A stretch of DNA of 64,000 nt from Felis catus (Eukaryota). This document shows positions 23,407-36,342 of the stretch, in pieces; position 1 is the first letter of the stretch, and every line of letters starts with the position of its first letter. Location: the NCBI RefSeq assembly GCF_018350175.1, contig NC_058368.1, forward strand, positions 109,122,001 to 109,186,000. The letters are read 5' to 3'. Under the pieces are notes generated by a model. The model saw only the letters and a program-made list of their open reading frames with translations, was not told where the DNA came from and searched no databases. Both the position numbers and the translations under genes were made by a program.

Positions 23407-24644
23407 GTAAGCGCAGCCCCGTGGCGGCCGCCTCGCGGGCTCCTCCTTGCGGACCCGGCGGGCGGGACGCCAGGCGGGCCTGTGACGCACGCGCGGGTCT
23501 TGCGGGGGGCTCCTGCCGTGGGGCTGGGGTGGCGGCGACGCGGCAGCGCCCGGGCCTGCAGGGCTCTTGGCCTCCGGGCCCGGCTGAAGACCACCTGAGG
23601 GAGCTTAGAGCAGCGTACCAAGGATGTGGCAGCCCGGGGCCGAGGTCGCACCTCGGCAAGACAGGCCACGGTTCCCATCGCACGTTTCCTTTTTGTACGA
23701 CGCCACCGGTCCCCCACCCCCCACCGGACTTCAGTAAAAATCGAAGTGGGGGTTGTATAAAATGCTGAGCAGAGTGCTTCACCTGAGCTCAGCAGGGAGG
23801 AACTCATAATTTACCCCTTCGTACCTGTGAGACTTCTCTTCCCCACTCAGCTCCACTCCTCCTGTAGTTTGCCTTTCTAACGTTTTACAGATAGGGTGCA
23901 CTTGGGCGCACCTGGGGTGCCTTCCAACCGTTCCCTGAACTGGCAGGCTTGCAGCTCGCCTCTCTTGGTCATAGGCATGGACATCAGCTAGGCCAGGCCG
24001 TCACCCTCTCCCCAACGCTCTGTTCGTGAGAAGACAGGGGCTCGCTCCAACCCTGGGGCTGGCGATAACGGTCGGGGATGGGTGCACTCAGGGACTGAGT
24101 CCTTCCCAGACCAGGAAACTTTCTGTCCACTGCATCTGCCCGCAGAAGGGTGAAAGATGAGTGCTCTCGTCCCGTTAACGCTAGGTTGATGGTGGGGTGC
24201 GGGAACTGGGCTCCACCTCAAGGCTGTGGACACAACCACTGGGAAGACATTGGGGGGGGGGGGGGCGGTGAGATGTGTAATGTCCCCAGGGGTAAGTGAA
24301 AAAGGCAAGACAAAAGAAGGAATATATCTAGGGTATGTATGTATGTGTATGCATGTGTGTGTATATATGTATATCCCAGAAAGCCAGTTATGTGGGACAA
24401 GCATACATTGTAGAAGGCACTAAGTGTTGAAAGTAAAGTGGCTTACTTCACTTATATTCGAATGATGACGGTTTTTGTAGCCAGTACCATGAACCCCCTT
24501 TTAATCAGCGTTTGTCTCAATAAAAATGAATTCAGCCTAATCACATGGATCTGATCATAAGGCCCATTACTAAAACAAAACTTGAATAATCTTAACTTTG
24601 AAAATAGCCATCTGAATTTGACAAAAGATGGCATAAGATCCTGA

Positions 24645-24874
24645 TTTTTTTTTAATTTTTTTTTTAACATTTATTTATTTTTGAGAGGGAGAGAGAGAGA
24701 GCACGAGTGGGGGAGGGGAGACAGAGACAGAGAGACACTCACAGAATCTGAAGCAGAATCCAGGCTCTAAGCTGTCAGCACAGAGCCCCATATGGGGCTC
24801 AAGCTCAGTGACTGCAAGATCATGACCTGAGCCAAAGTCTGTCGCTTAATGAACTGAGCCACCCAGGCGCCCCC
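24645..24874 (-). mobile_element. Can-SINE
   Basis: Ends ...gagccacccaggcgccccc; degenerate TSD ATAAGATCCTGATTTTT / ATAAGGTCTCGATTTTT. Confidence 0.92.
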
Positions 24875-27378
24875 ATAAGGTCTCGATTTTTAAAGCATGG
24901 ACGTCTTCTCCTGCCTTGCTCCAGGGCGGTGTTGAGTATTCGTTGCTTTTAGAGAACGCTGCCTTTATCATAAGGCAAAAAAATTAGATTCTTGGATTCA
25001 ATCAGTTATTCCTTTTCTTCTGAATTCCATAATGTCCTGTTCTCTCTCTCCTGTTAACTAAAGTTCAGCTGTAGTGGATGGTTCTCTCCCTTTGCTCCCC
25101 TGTCTCCTGTCTGCAGGGGGAGGAGGTGGTGTAGTGGGGACAACATCCACTACATTTCTACCACCCTGTGTTCTTTCTTCCCTGGAAACTGAATTACTCA
25201 GCTGGAGACCAAGCAAGCCTCTGGCTTTCCCACTGCCTTCTTTTCTCCGTAGCTTTATGTTTCATTGAGTTAGCCTCCCACATGTGATGGACTTTCTTAA
25301 ATCTTTCACTGAAAAGTAATGCATGGTATTTTATTTTTCTTAGTATCTCAGGTCTCACAAATTTAATTGCTCATATGTCTTAGTTCATGGCATACTATAA
25401 TCCTTGGTCCATTTTGAGTCTCTCATTTTATTTCACTTTGTTATTTCCTCCCTTTATACTCCATTTCTCTCTCAACACCCTCCTCCCTATGCGCACACAG
25501 ACAGGAGGCCATGCTGGCATATTTGTTCGTTCTTCCAAAGTACATTTCATTATATCATCTTAGAACACGTATATCTTTGAAACGTATGTCTTGTTTTGCT
25601 TTTGTTGCACTTAACTAAATAAATACTATTATACTATAAATCTCATACTATTTCTTTTTTCCCTTCCACATTATGTTTTTGAGTCAAACCATAATGCTGT
25701 ATGTATGTAAGTCTAATTCATTACTCCTGGCTGTTGCATAGTTTTGTATGAAAAGTATACACCACAAGTACTTAACAGCCTCCTGGGGATAGACATCGGT
25801 GGCCTGTAAGCCCTTGCTTGCATGAACAGTTCTGCACCAAACGTCCTTTTGAGTATCTCCCTGTGGCCTTGTGTAAGAATTTTTTTGGTAGACAGACAGA
25901 TATGGAACTGTTGGTAAAAGACTGATGTCTCTTACTAAAACCTGCTACTTTGTGCTGCAGAATGACTTCATCGGTTTCCTCCCACCAGGAGTGCATGAAA
26001 AGTCACTTTTCCAACAGCTGCTGGCACTTACTATTATTTAATTTACTAATTTTTGTCAAACTACTAGGTTAAAGCAGTACTCCATTTCTGTTTTAATTGA
26101 GCATCTCATCATATTGTTTTGTCAATTTGTGAACTGCCTATCCATCTAATTTTCCCTTCTTTCAGATTTCTGATATTTTTCTATATGGGGTTTGCATTTT
26201 GTTCCTTATTTTTTTGTTGTTGTTTTTATGTATTGTTGTTTATTTTATTTAAAACCAAGTTAGTTAACATATAGTGTAATAAATGGTTTCAGGAGAATTT
26301 AGTGATTCATCACTTATATACAACACCCAGTGCTCCTCCCAGCAAGTGCCCTCCTTAATGCCCATCACCCATTTAGCCCATCCCCCCACCCAGCACCCCT
26401 CCAGCAACCTTCAGTTTGTTCTCTGTATTTAAGAGTCTCTTATGGTTCCTTCTGTATTGGTATCCTTACATGTTAAAGTGTTAGTCCTTTGTCAGATGTG
26501 GATGTTTTAAGTCTTCCCCTAGTCTGGTCTCCCATCTGTTAATCTCACATATGGTCTCCTTTTTATTATTAGCTTTATTGAGATATAATTTTTATACCAC
26601 AAAATCCACCTATTTAAAGTGAACTCATTGGTTTATAGTACATTTACAGAGTGGGTAACTATCATCATGATCTAGTTTTAGAATATTTTTATTACTCCAT
26701 TAGCGGTCACCCTCCAGTTTCCCTCAATATGCTCCTCCCAAACCCTAGGCAAGCACTAATCTACTTCCTGTCTGTATTTGCCTGTTTCTGAACATTTCAT
26801 ATAAATGGGGTTCTACAGTATGTTTTTGTTGTGACTGGCTTCTTTCACTTAGCATAGTGTAGTGTAGGTTTATCCACATTATAGCCTATAGCAGTAATTT
26901 GTTCCTTTTTATTGCCCAATAATATTCCCTCATGTGGGTATACTGCTTTTGGTTTATTTGTTTATTAGTTGGTGCACACTTAGGTTGTTTTTACTTTTTG
27001 GCTATTATGAATAATGCTTCTGTGAACATTCATGTACAGTTTTTGTGTGAACACATATTTCCGTTTCTTTTGGATATATACCTAGAAGTGGAATGGCTGG
27101 ATCATATGGTATCTCTATGTTTAAACTTTTGAGGAAGTCCCAAACGGTTTTCTAAAGCAGCTGCAACATTTTACAGTCTTACCTGCAGTGCATGAGGGTT
27201 CCATTTTCTTCACATCCTCACCAACACTTGTCTGTCATTTTAGTTATAACCAGCCTAGCAGGTGTGAAGTTGTAGCTCATTGTGGTTTTGATTTATGCTT
27301 CCCTGATGGTTAATGATTTTGAACATATTTTCACTTGTGTATCTGTATCTGCTTTGGAGAAATGTCTATTCAGATCTA

Positions 27379-27407
27379 TTTTTTTAAATGTGTATTTATT
27401 TATGTAT

Positions 27408-27456
<49 letters not shown>

Positions 27457-27620
27457 AAGTGGGAGAGGCAGAGAGAGATGGGGACAGAGAGAATCCCAAG
27501 CAGGCTCTGCACCAGCAGGGCAGAGCTTGAGGTGGAGCTTGAGTTCACGAACCGCGAGATCATGACCTGAGCCAAAATCAAGAGTTGGTCGCTCAATCAA
27601 CTGAGCCACCTAGGTGCCCC
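27379..27620 (-). mobile_element. Can-SINE with long (GA)n, nested in L1
   Basis: TSD TATTCAGATCTA on both sides. Confidence 0.92.
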
Positions 27621-28474
27621 TATTCAGATCTACTTTTAAAGTTGGATTGTTTGTTTTTTATCATAGAATTGTAAGTTATTTCTATATTCTTGATATTTAT
27701 CTTTTCTCAGATGTATCAGTTGCAAATAGTTTCTCCCATTCTGTGAGTTATCTTTTCACTTTCTTGATGGTGTTCAATTTTGTTGATATCCAACTGATCA
27801 ATCTTCTCTCTTACCTGTTATGTTTTTGTGTCATATCTAAGAAATTCTTGCCTAACTCAAGGTTGTAAGGGGTCACTCCTATGTTTTCATCTAAGACCTT
27901 TATCGTTTCAGCTTTTACATTTAGGTCCATTGTCGTCTTCTTCTTCTTCTTCTTTTTTTTTTTTTTTTAACATAAATCTTTAAACTTTGTGTAGTCACAT
28001 CCATCATCTTTCTCCTTTTAGCTTGAGCTATTTGCATCTTATTTTAAAAATCCTTACCTACCTGAAGATCAAAAAGTTTTTCTATATTTTCTCCTACTAA
28101 CTTCAGTTATTCTTCTACATTTACATCTTTAACCCAGTTGGATTTTGTTTTTATTATGGCTTTGTAATATATCTTAATATCTACCTTTTTGTTCTTTTTC
28201 AAACTTTTCTTAGCTTGTCATGGATTTACTCTTTAATAAATATTTTAAAATCTGTCTGTAAAGTTCACAGAAGTCTTTCTGAAGTTTTGATTAGAAATTA
28301 ATTGAAATCATAGGTTCATCTGTAAAGAATTGACACCTTTTAGTGTCATGCCATCTCACTTGTGAGTATGGTCTATCTCTGCATTTATTCATGTTTCTTT
28401 TATATACTTTAATACAGTTTTTCAAATTTTCTCCACAAGTCTGTTATACATTCTTTATTAAGATAATTCCTAGA

Positions 28475-28695
28475 GAGGTGCCTGGGTGGTTCAGTCACTT
28501 GAGTGTCCAACTCTTGATTTCGGCTCAGGCCATAATCCCAGGATTGTGGGATTGCTCAGGTCATATTCCCAGAGTTGTGGGATCGAGCCCCATGTTGGGC
28601 TCCATACGGAGTGTGAAGCCTGCTTAAAATTCCCTCTCTCTCCCTCTACCCTTTCACCCGCTCCTGCTCTTTTGCTCTCTCTTAAGAAACAAAAA
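28475..28695 (+). mobile_element. Can-SINE with an internal 31-bp duplication
   Basis: Head gaggtgcctgggtggttcagtc; TSD AATTCCTAGA. Confidence 0.9.
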
Positions 28696-28775
28696 TTCCT
28701 AGATTCAATAATATTACTATTATAAGTGTTTTTTTTTATTTTGTCACATTGTTATAGGTTACACTGTTACATATC

Positions 28776-28780
<5 letters not shown>

Positions 28781-28830
<50 letters not shown>

Positions 28831-28877
28831 ACACACACACACACTCTCTCTGTCTCTCTCTCTCTGTCTCTCTCTCT
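28781..28877. repeat. Compound (TC)n(AC)n(TC)n microsatellite
   Basis: Directly visible. Confidence 0.95.
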
Positions 28878-29413
28878 TTGGTTGGTTACTGTTGGTGTGG
28901 AGAAGTGTAGTCAGTTGTTTTTAAGTTAGTCTCATATCCAGCTATCTTTTTGAACTCCTATTAATTCTAATAGTTTTTCTGTGGATTCTCTTGAGAGTCC
29001 TGTGTGAAATAACTATACCAGTTGCAAACACTGACAACTTTTGACTCGTTCCTTCCAATTTTATACTTGGTTTTACTTCTTATTATTTCCTTGTAGTGGT
29101 TAATTTTTCTATAATTCTATTACATGTTGGTGGGGATAGCTGGAATCCTTGTTCCATTTCTTTAAAAGAATATATGTAGTTTCTCTATTAAGTATAATGT
29201 TAGCTATAGGTTTGTATCCCTTTCCTTAGGATATGAGATATCAAGGAAAATAGATAAAATTCATGCATTAGTTTCCAATGAAAAATTTTGTAAGAAAATG
29301 CATCAATATGGGGCTAAAGTAATGAATAATCAAGCGATGAAGGAAAGAGGGTAGTGGGGAAGACAGGGGTTTGGTCTCCTAATTCTGTTTCAACTCCCAA
29401 AAGCTGGTTCTTG

Positions 29414-29526
29414 TTTTGTTTAAGGTATTTATTTTTTAGTAGTCTCTATACCCAGTGTGGTGCTTGAACTCACAAACCCGAGATCAAGAGTTGCATGCTC
29501 CTCCAACTGAGGCAGCCAGGTGCCCC
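29414..29526 (-). mobile_element. Short Can-SINE (tRNA-derived head only)
   Basis: ...gagatcaagagttgcatgctcctccaactgaggcagccaggtgcccc. Confidence 0.85.
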
Positions 29527-30379
29527 TTGTTTTTGTTTTTAACACGAATTAGCATTGAACTTTGTCAAATGATCTCTCTGTGTCTGGGGAGATAATCATC
29601 TGGGGAGATAATCGTCTTCCCCATACCAGTTTTCAATGTATTATTAGAGTGTATAATCTTAGCTACTGTAACAGCCCCAATGTTTCAGTGACTTAAACCA
29701 ATAATGCTATTTATTTATCACTCAAGACACAGTGGAAGGTGTTGGGAAGATAGTAGGCTCTCCTTCACTTAGTTGTTCAGGAACCCAGGCTCTTTCTAGC
29801 CAGTTGCTTCCCCAACTGCTAGGACCTAAGTCCTTCAGCGAGTTCTCTATGATGGCAAGAGAGGACACATATCGCTACTCCTCTCATTCCGTTGACGAGG
29901 ACTAGTCACCTGGTCCCACATATTTTAAGGTGGCTGGGAAGTTTAATGGTATTCCCAGGAGGCAAAGGACAACAGAGAGATGTTGAGCAGTAGTAACTTC
30001 TTCCATAATCCATTAATGTAGTGAATTACATTGAGAGATTTTCTGACTTTGAACCATTTTTAAATATTTTATTATGATATATTCTTAATACTTTTTTGGA
30101 TTTGGTTAGGTAATATTTTACTTGGGTGTTTGGCATCCATGTTTAGAAGTGAAACTGGCCCATATTTTCTTTTTATGAACAGTCCATATTCCAAATTTCA
30201 AAATTATAGCAACATTAGGTTGGGCGATGTTTCCTCCTTTTTTTTTTTTTTTTTAATTTTCCAGAGTAACACATTTAAGGAAAGAGTGTCTGTTCTTTGG
30301 AAGGTAGTAGGATGCTCTTGTAAAACGTCATAGCCCTGAAACTTTATGGAGAATAAGTTTTTTAGATTACTTTGGTTTT

Positions 30380-30556
30380 GGAGTGCCTGGGTGGCTCAAT
30401 CGATTAAGCATCTGACTCTTGATCTCAGCTCAAGTCTTGATCTCTGGGTCATGAGTTCAAGCCTCATGTTGGGCTCTGTACTGGGCATGAAGCCTACTAA
30501 AGAAAGAATAGAATAGAATAGAATAGAATAGAATAGAATAGAATAGAATAGAATAA
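30380..30556 (+). mobile_element. Short Can-SINE with an (AATAG)n tail
   Basis: ggagtgcctgggtggctcaatcgattaagc head; pentanucleotide repeat at ~30507-30556. Confidence 0.88.
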
Positions 30557-30828
30557 CTTCAATTTCTTAAATGGTTACTCACATTTTTATGCCAATTTTG
30601 GCATTTTTTTCTAGAAATGTATTGATTTCATCTTTGTTTTCAAAATGTATTGTCATGTAGTTATTTACAGTTATATAGTTATTTATAGTTATATAGAAAA
30701 ATACAGTTATATTGTTCTTTTATAGGTTTTTAAATGTCTGTCATATTTGTCATGCCTTTTTTTTTCTGTAGTCTTTTTTACCCCCATATTATTCTTGTTC
30801 TGTCTCCCTGTGTTCAAAGAAATACTTT

Positions 30829-30963
30829 GATCGTGATGAGCCATGATACATAGAATTGTTGAATCACTGGATTGTACACCTGAAACAAATATAAAAGTGT
30901 ATGTTAACCCTACTTAAAATTAAAAACTTAATTAAAAAATAAATTCAAATTCAAAAAACCTCA
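30829..30963 (+). mobile_element. Severely 5'-truncated L1 3' end
   Basis: gttgaatcact..ttgtacacctgaaac.aatat L1 3' terminus plus A-rich tail; perfect TSD CAAAGAAATACTTT (30815-30828 / 30964-30977). Confidence 0.85.
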
Positions 30964-31271
30964 CAAAGAAATACTTTTATTTTATTAATCACCTTTATTT
31001 TTTGTTCTGTGTATCTTCTATTTCACTGATTCTGCCCTTATATTTATTATTTCATTCCTTCTTATTTCTTTGGTTATATGCTATTTGTAATAGATTCAGT
31101 GTAGGCACTTGTAAAGTGAGATAGGAAAACCTGCTCCTGTCTCCTATAATCACACTCTTTATAGGCAACCACCATTACCAAATTAGTGTTTTTCTGGATC
31201 CTTTTCCCTGCTTATGCATTTTTCTACAACTTTTCTAAACTATGAATGTCCTGGGCCTCTTTTTCTGGTGT

Positions 31272-31273
<2 letters not shown>

Positions 31274-31314
<41 letters not shown>
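31274..31314. repeat. (CA)n microsatellite
   Basis: Directly visible. Confidence 0.97.
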
Positions 31315-31315
<1 letters not shown>

Positions 31316-31416
31316 CCATTAAAATGGTATATCATAATTTATTTACTTGTTTTCCAACTAATAGGAAATTAAGTTGAAAGTCTTGGTTTTTTAATAGTAG
31401 AGTTTAATTGACATGC

Positions 31417-31653
31417 AAGTAAAACCTTGGTTTACGAGCATAATTCATTCCAGAGACATGCTTGTAAACCAAAGCACTTGTGTATCAAAGCAAATTTCAA
31501 GAACCATCGGCTCAGTTGTGATCACGTAACATTTGGTGTCATGTACTACTCATATTGCAAGACATCGCTCATTTATCAAGTTAAAATTTATTAGAAATGT
31601 TTGCTTGTCTTGGCACTGGCAGAACAAGTTACTCACAATTCAAGGTTTTACCA
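31417..31653. mobile_element. Non-autonomous DNA transposon (MITE, probably TcMar-Tigger class)
   Basis: Perfect 11-bp inverted termini GTAAAACCTTG (31419-31429) / CAAGGTTTTAC (31641-31651), ~235 bp apart; the right end is followed by TA. Confidence 0.7.
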
Positions 31654-31781
31654 TATATTTATTTTGGGCCTTATTTCTGCCTTCTTGTTTTGCCAAATAT
31701 TTATCATGAGTTCTTCCTTTTCTTTTTGTTCTTATGACTTTTTCTGGATTAATCAAGGTATCTGTTTCCATTCCTTCCTTC

Positions 31782-32013
31782 TTTTTTTTTTTTTTTAGTT
31801 TATTTATTTATTTTAGAGAGAGGGAGAGGAAGTGTGTACTTATACAAGCAGGGGAGGGGCAGAGAGAGAGGGAGAGAGAGAATCACAAGCAGGCTCCATG
31901 CTGTCAGCACAGCGCCAGATGCGGGGCTCGATCCTATGAATAGTGAGATCATGACCTGATCCAAAATCAAGAGTCACACGGATGCTCAACTGACTGAGCC
32001 ACCCGGGCGCCCC
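31782..32013 (-). mobile_element. Can-SINE
   Basis: Poly-T tail; ends ...gagccacccgggcgcccc. Confidence 0.92.
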
Positions 32014-32876
32014 TCTTCTTTCTTTTTATTTAATGACTTGGAATTCTGTACCTTACAGGGAGCCCTCTTTAATTTCTTAAGCATAAACAAATTTATGTTT
32101 TCCTATAAACACCAAAAGTTAATCAGAACCTCTAACCTCTTCCCAAACATAAGAAACTTTTTATGTTTTTAATTCTCTTGTCCCTTACTTTCCCTCATAG
32201 GTGCAAACACACATTAAGTGTCTGCCCAGGAATTACTGAAATAATCTGGAAGCTTCCTATTGTTATTAATTCTTCATACTTCAGAATACACTTTTCTTTT
32301 TCTATTTTAGAAATCTTTTGTTAACAATTGCATTCATCTGTACAAGTGCATTAAACTGCATTTGTGCAGTGGCCCTATCACATTAGGATAGGAAGGCTCA
32401 CACATATGTTTCTTTTAGAGTTTTCATTAACTTTCTGAATTATTTATAGTGATTGGTGTCTCATGAGTAATGCTTCTCTGGCTTCCTTATTTCTCAAAAG
32501 TCTACTTTGGAATCCATGCTATTCTGAGCCTCATTTGACCTTTGCTGGCACAAAAACATTCTGAAGTATTTGCAAATGCTAGTCACTTCCTCATGTTTTA
32601 CTTAGTTTACTTTAGCTTGGTTAAACCAAGAGCAATATCAGTTTGTGTAAACTTACCACTAACTGGAGGTTCATGTAATCGTCCTGCCCCAGGGTCAGAG
32701 ACTGGCTAGAGGAATATGAAAATCGCTTTGAAAATTCAGCTGGTGAATATCTTACACTATAACGCTTAACGTTTTAACATTTGTGTTTATAATACTTAAC
32801 TATTTGAGGTTGGAGCCAAGTGGGCACTCTTACATTAAAACTGTGGTGAAACTAATCTGGATGGTGTTTATCAAAA

Positions 32877-33005
32877 GCTTTTTTTTTATTGTAATTTTTG
32901 AAAGATTTTATCTTTAAGTAATCTCTACACCCAACATGTGGTTCGAACTCACAAGCCCGAGATCAAGAGTCACTTGCTCCTTCGACTGAGCCAACCAGGT
33001 GCCCC
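32877..33005 (-). mobile_element. Short Can-SINE
   Basis: Ends ...gagccaaccaggtgcccc; TSD TATCAAAAGCTT. Confidence 0.88.
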
Positions 33006-33609
33006 TATCAAAAGCTTCTTAAAGTGTTGACATCTTTTATTGCAATAATTCTACTTCTAGAACTATATTCTAAGACATGTTCCTATGAGAGGTGATGTCA
33101 GGTGGTGCAGGGTAATTCCAGGTGGAACACATATGTGGCGTTGTCTCACAGGATTCGCATATTGAGAAAGTTATTCATTCCCTGTCAATTCCTTTTCAGT
33201 GTTCTGATCAAGGGAGGGAGAAAGCTGTCAGTTTGGTGCTGCTATGTCTTTAACACCTCTCTAAACTTTCCAAATCTCCCTTTTGATATCAAATAATGAG
33301 CAAAAGGATAGCAATATCTTAACTATATTTTCACAACGGTTTTTTGTTTTCCATTGTGTTTGTCTGTAAGATTGCCTTCCTTTATGACATAAGATGCTGG
33401 TTTTCCATTTATAGTAGTAAATAAAGTTTGCTTTTAAGATTCATTTATTATTTAAGGGCAGGAATTAATTAATTTAAAGAGAAATATTAAGTATAGTACA
33501 TATGGTATTTAATTTTGGTGAAATAGTTATGGTGACGTATGGATGACTAAAACGTGCAAAACATGACACTAAAGAACAATCAGAGCTTCAGATACAGATT
33601 AAAAAAAAA

Positions 33610-33815
33610 TTTAATGTTTTATTTATTTTTGAGACAGAGAGAGAGAGCATGAGCAGGGGAGGGGCAGAGAGAGAGGGAGACACAGAATCGGAAGCAGGCT
33701 CCAGGCTCTGAGCTGTCAGCACAGAGCCCAATGCGGGGCTCAAACTCACGAACTGTGAGATCATGACCTGAGCCGAAGTTGGATGCTCAACCGACTGAGC
33801 CACCCAAGCATCCCC
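33610..33815 (-). mobile_element. Can-SINE (SINEC_Fc type)
   Basis: gacacagaatcggaagcaggctccaggctctgagctgtcagc body; TSD-like TACAGATT. Confidence 0.92.
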
Positions 33816-33897
33816 AGGTACAGATTTTAAATGGAGTGTTCTTATATAGGAAGCTGTTCCTCTCAGTGAGACTTCTGCTATCAGAAAATTGGAAACC

Positions 33898-34000
33898 AGG
33901 GCGGTCAGGTGGCTCAGTTGATTGAGTGTTTGATCTTGATTTCGGCTCAGGTCATGATCCCAGGGTTGTGGAATCAAGCCCCACATCAAGCTGGGTTGGA
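33898..34000 (+). mobile_element. Partial Can-SINE
   Basis: ggtggctcagttgattgagtgtttgatcttgatttcggctcaggtcatgatcccaggg. Confidence 0.85.
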
Positions 34001-34539
34001 GATACATATGTTTAAATTTGGATGTCTCCTTGCTAGGTTTACAAAACCTCTGTTGGGAAGAAAAATATGTTCACTGCAAGGTCTAATGCTTGGCAGAAAC
34101 AATTTCTACCTTTTGCCTAGTAGAAGTTCCTAGCGAACTGCAGAACTTTTTTCTCCAAACTCTTGGATTCTTTTGTGGGAATGGGGTCAGCAGGTCCCTA
34201 TTGAGAGACTAGATGATGTCTGTTTCTGAGAGTGGTCTCACTGCCTTGGTGCAGGCTTCCTCTTTCTACAAAGGATGCTGGTCCCTGGCCAGGTCCAGAC
34301 AGCCTGGTCCTGAGCCTCAAGAAGGCCTATTGCAGCATTCCAGTGACATCTGCCAGGTTGTAGCAAGACCTTTGACTGGCCAACTCCCTCTTTCCTAGGG
34401 TCCCTCAACTCCTCTCCACTCCCAATGCCACCACTTCTGTGATTCAAATTGTCACATCTCTTGCCTGGATAACACAGTGACCTCCAACTGGTCCCTACTT
34501 CTCATTACCTCTTGACTATTTTGTCACAGAAGCCAATGT

Positions 34540-34971
34540 GTGTTAGTCTGTTATGGCTGCTATAACAGATTACCACAAAGTCTGAAGGTCAAAGTCCTAA
34601 AATCGAAGTTTCATCAGGGCTGTGTTCCTTTTGGAGGCTCTGGAGGAAAATCATTTAGTTGCCTCTTCCAGCTTTTTGAGGCTTCCTGCATTCCTTGGCT
34701 CACGGCCCCTTCTTCCATCTTTTGAACCAACAAGTCTTTCTCAGGTTGTACTGCTCTGATGCTCCTCTTCTATAGTCACATCTTCATCTGCCTCCCTCTT
34801 GTAAGGACACCTGTGATTACATTGGGCCCACCTGCATAATCCAAGATCATCTTCCCATCTCAAGATCCTTAATTTATCACATTCTGCCTTTCTCCATGTT
34901 AGGGGATATATTCACTACTTGCAGGGATTCAGACATCAACATCTTTGGAAGGGCCATTATTCAGCCTACCA
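34540..34971. mobile_element. MaLR MLT1-type LTR
   Basis: tgttagtctg..ggctgctataacagattaccacaaa...taaggacacctgtgattacattgggcccacc..ataatccaagat...attcagcctacca. Confidence 0.85.
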
Positions 34972-35803
34972 CGTAGTACAGCATTTTAAAAACACACACA
35001 CATCCAATCACATTACTCCTCTGCCTAAAATTCTCATGTGGTGCTCCAGTCCTCAGAGGATGCAAGCCTCTCAGGGCTGGGGGTGCCATACAAGGGCTGC
35101 CTCCCCGTACCTCCTCTCTCCCTACCCAGCCTCTGGCTTGCTGTCTGTGTTCCAGCCTTTGCATGTGTTTTTTACCCTACACTCCATTCCAGGTCTTCCC
35201 AAGGCTTCAGACAAGATCAGGCCTCTTTAGGATGCTCTCATAGTGGCTTGCGCCTTTCTGCTGTCACACTTAACCACAGGTCGTTATACCTTTGCATTTA
35301 TTTCAGTGATCATTTGATTAATATATGCTTCTCCTATGTGAGTAAGTACTCCATACAGGCAAGGACCATGTGTGGGTTTTGCCCTTTGTTGGATCCCAGC
35401 ACAATGTCCTGCTTATGGTAGATGGTTAATAAGTACATGGGGATAAATGAGTAAGTGAATGCATATCAATGGTTTTGTCATCACCCTCTGTTCCCTTACC
35501 CTGCTGCTGCTTCTGCACAGCATTTATTGCTCCTTCTCTTGTCACATCCCTCCACCAGAATGGAAGCCCACGTTAGAAGGGACTTTGTCTTTTGGGTTCA
35601 TTCCAGGTCCTAGAGCAGTGTCTGGTCCATAACAGGTGCTTGATAAATGAGGGATGCATGATATGCAGGATGCTCAGATCCTCTCTCAAAGTTTTCATAG
35701 CTGACCCCTCTTTGAAATTGGCCATTATCAAGTTCTTCATTTTAATTATTCATATGATAACTTACTAATCAGGCAAAGCAGCAGAGACCTTTAAAATATT
35801 CAA

Positions 35804-36004
35804 TTTTTTAAAAAGTTTATTTATTCTGAGAGAGAGTGAGCATTTGTGTGAGCAGGGGAGGGGCAGAGAAAGGGAGAGAGGGAGCGGGTTCCCTGCTGTC
35901 AGTGCAGAGCCAGACTTGGGGCTCGATCCCACGAACTGTGAGATCATGACTGGAACCGAAATCAAGAGTCACACACTTAACGGACTGAGCCACCCAGGCG
36001 CCCC
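35804..36004 (-). mobile_element. Can-SINE
   Basis: Ends ...gactgagccacccaggcgcccc. Confidence 0.92.
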
Positions 36005-36342
36005 TAAAACATTTTTGTGAGGATTAAATGAGTTACTAAATGTAAATCATTTGGAGCAGTGTCCGGTACTTGGTGAGCTCTGTGTAAGTTTGCTTGTTGT
36101 TGCTATTAAGAAATGCTTGAGTCCTTGATAGTTTACAATTTACAGTTCTTACTATGTCGTGACTCTGTGGTGGGATCACAAACTGAACTGAGTGGGTTCT
36201 CCTGGCTCCTGCACCTGGGTGGACCCAGCTGTTGCAGCTGCCTGTGGACAGTCCAGGGGTGGGAGTGGGGGAGGGCAGTTGGTAGGCACTTCAGGTGGAT
36301 GATTTGGTTCATGACTTGTGCTTTTTCTTGTTTTGCCTGCAG

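Larger units (their letters stand above)
22730..23730. promoter_or_regulatory. CpG island promoter
   Basis: Abrupt GC- and CpG-dense ~1 kb block with GC boxes (CCCGCC, GGGCGG) in otherwise CpG-depleted DNA. Confidence 0.93.
25540..30350 (-). mobile_element. Cluster of nested, degenerate L1 fragments (old L1M plus a carnivore L1 3' end at ~26226-26450)
   Basis: T-rich antisense L1 hallmarks: gactggcttctttcacttagcata, gctattatgaataatgct, catcctcaccaacacttg, aaatgtctattcagatc; interrupted by SINEs. Confidence 0.8.

Noticed and set aside
22773..23807. Long overlapping ORFs (344, 258, 221 and 169 aa) on both strands
   Set aside because: Stop-codon scarcity in a GC-rich CpG island; R/A/G/P-rich low-complexity translations in several frames at once, with no recognisable domain.
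24252..24265. Poly-G run of 14 nt
   Set aside because: Simple homopolymer, prone to sequencing error; no evidence of function.
29579..29615. 16-bp tandem duplication TCTGGGGAGATAATC(A/G), and similar short duplications at ~30657, ~38383 and ~51431
   Set aside because: Ordinary slippage duplications, mostly in old repeats; not an array with spacers and no CRISPR-like structure.
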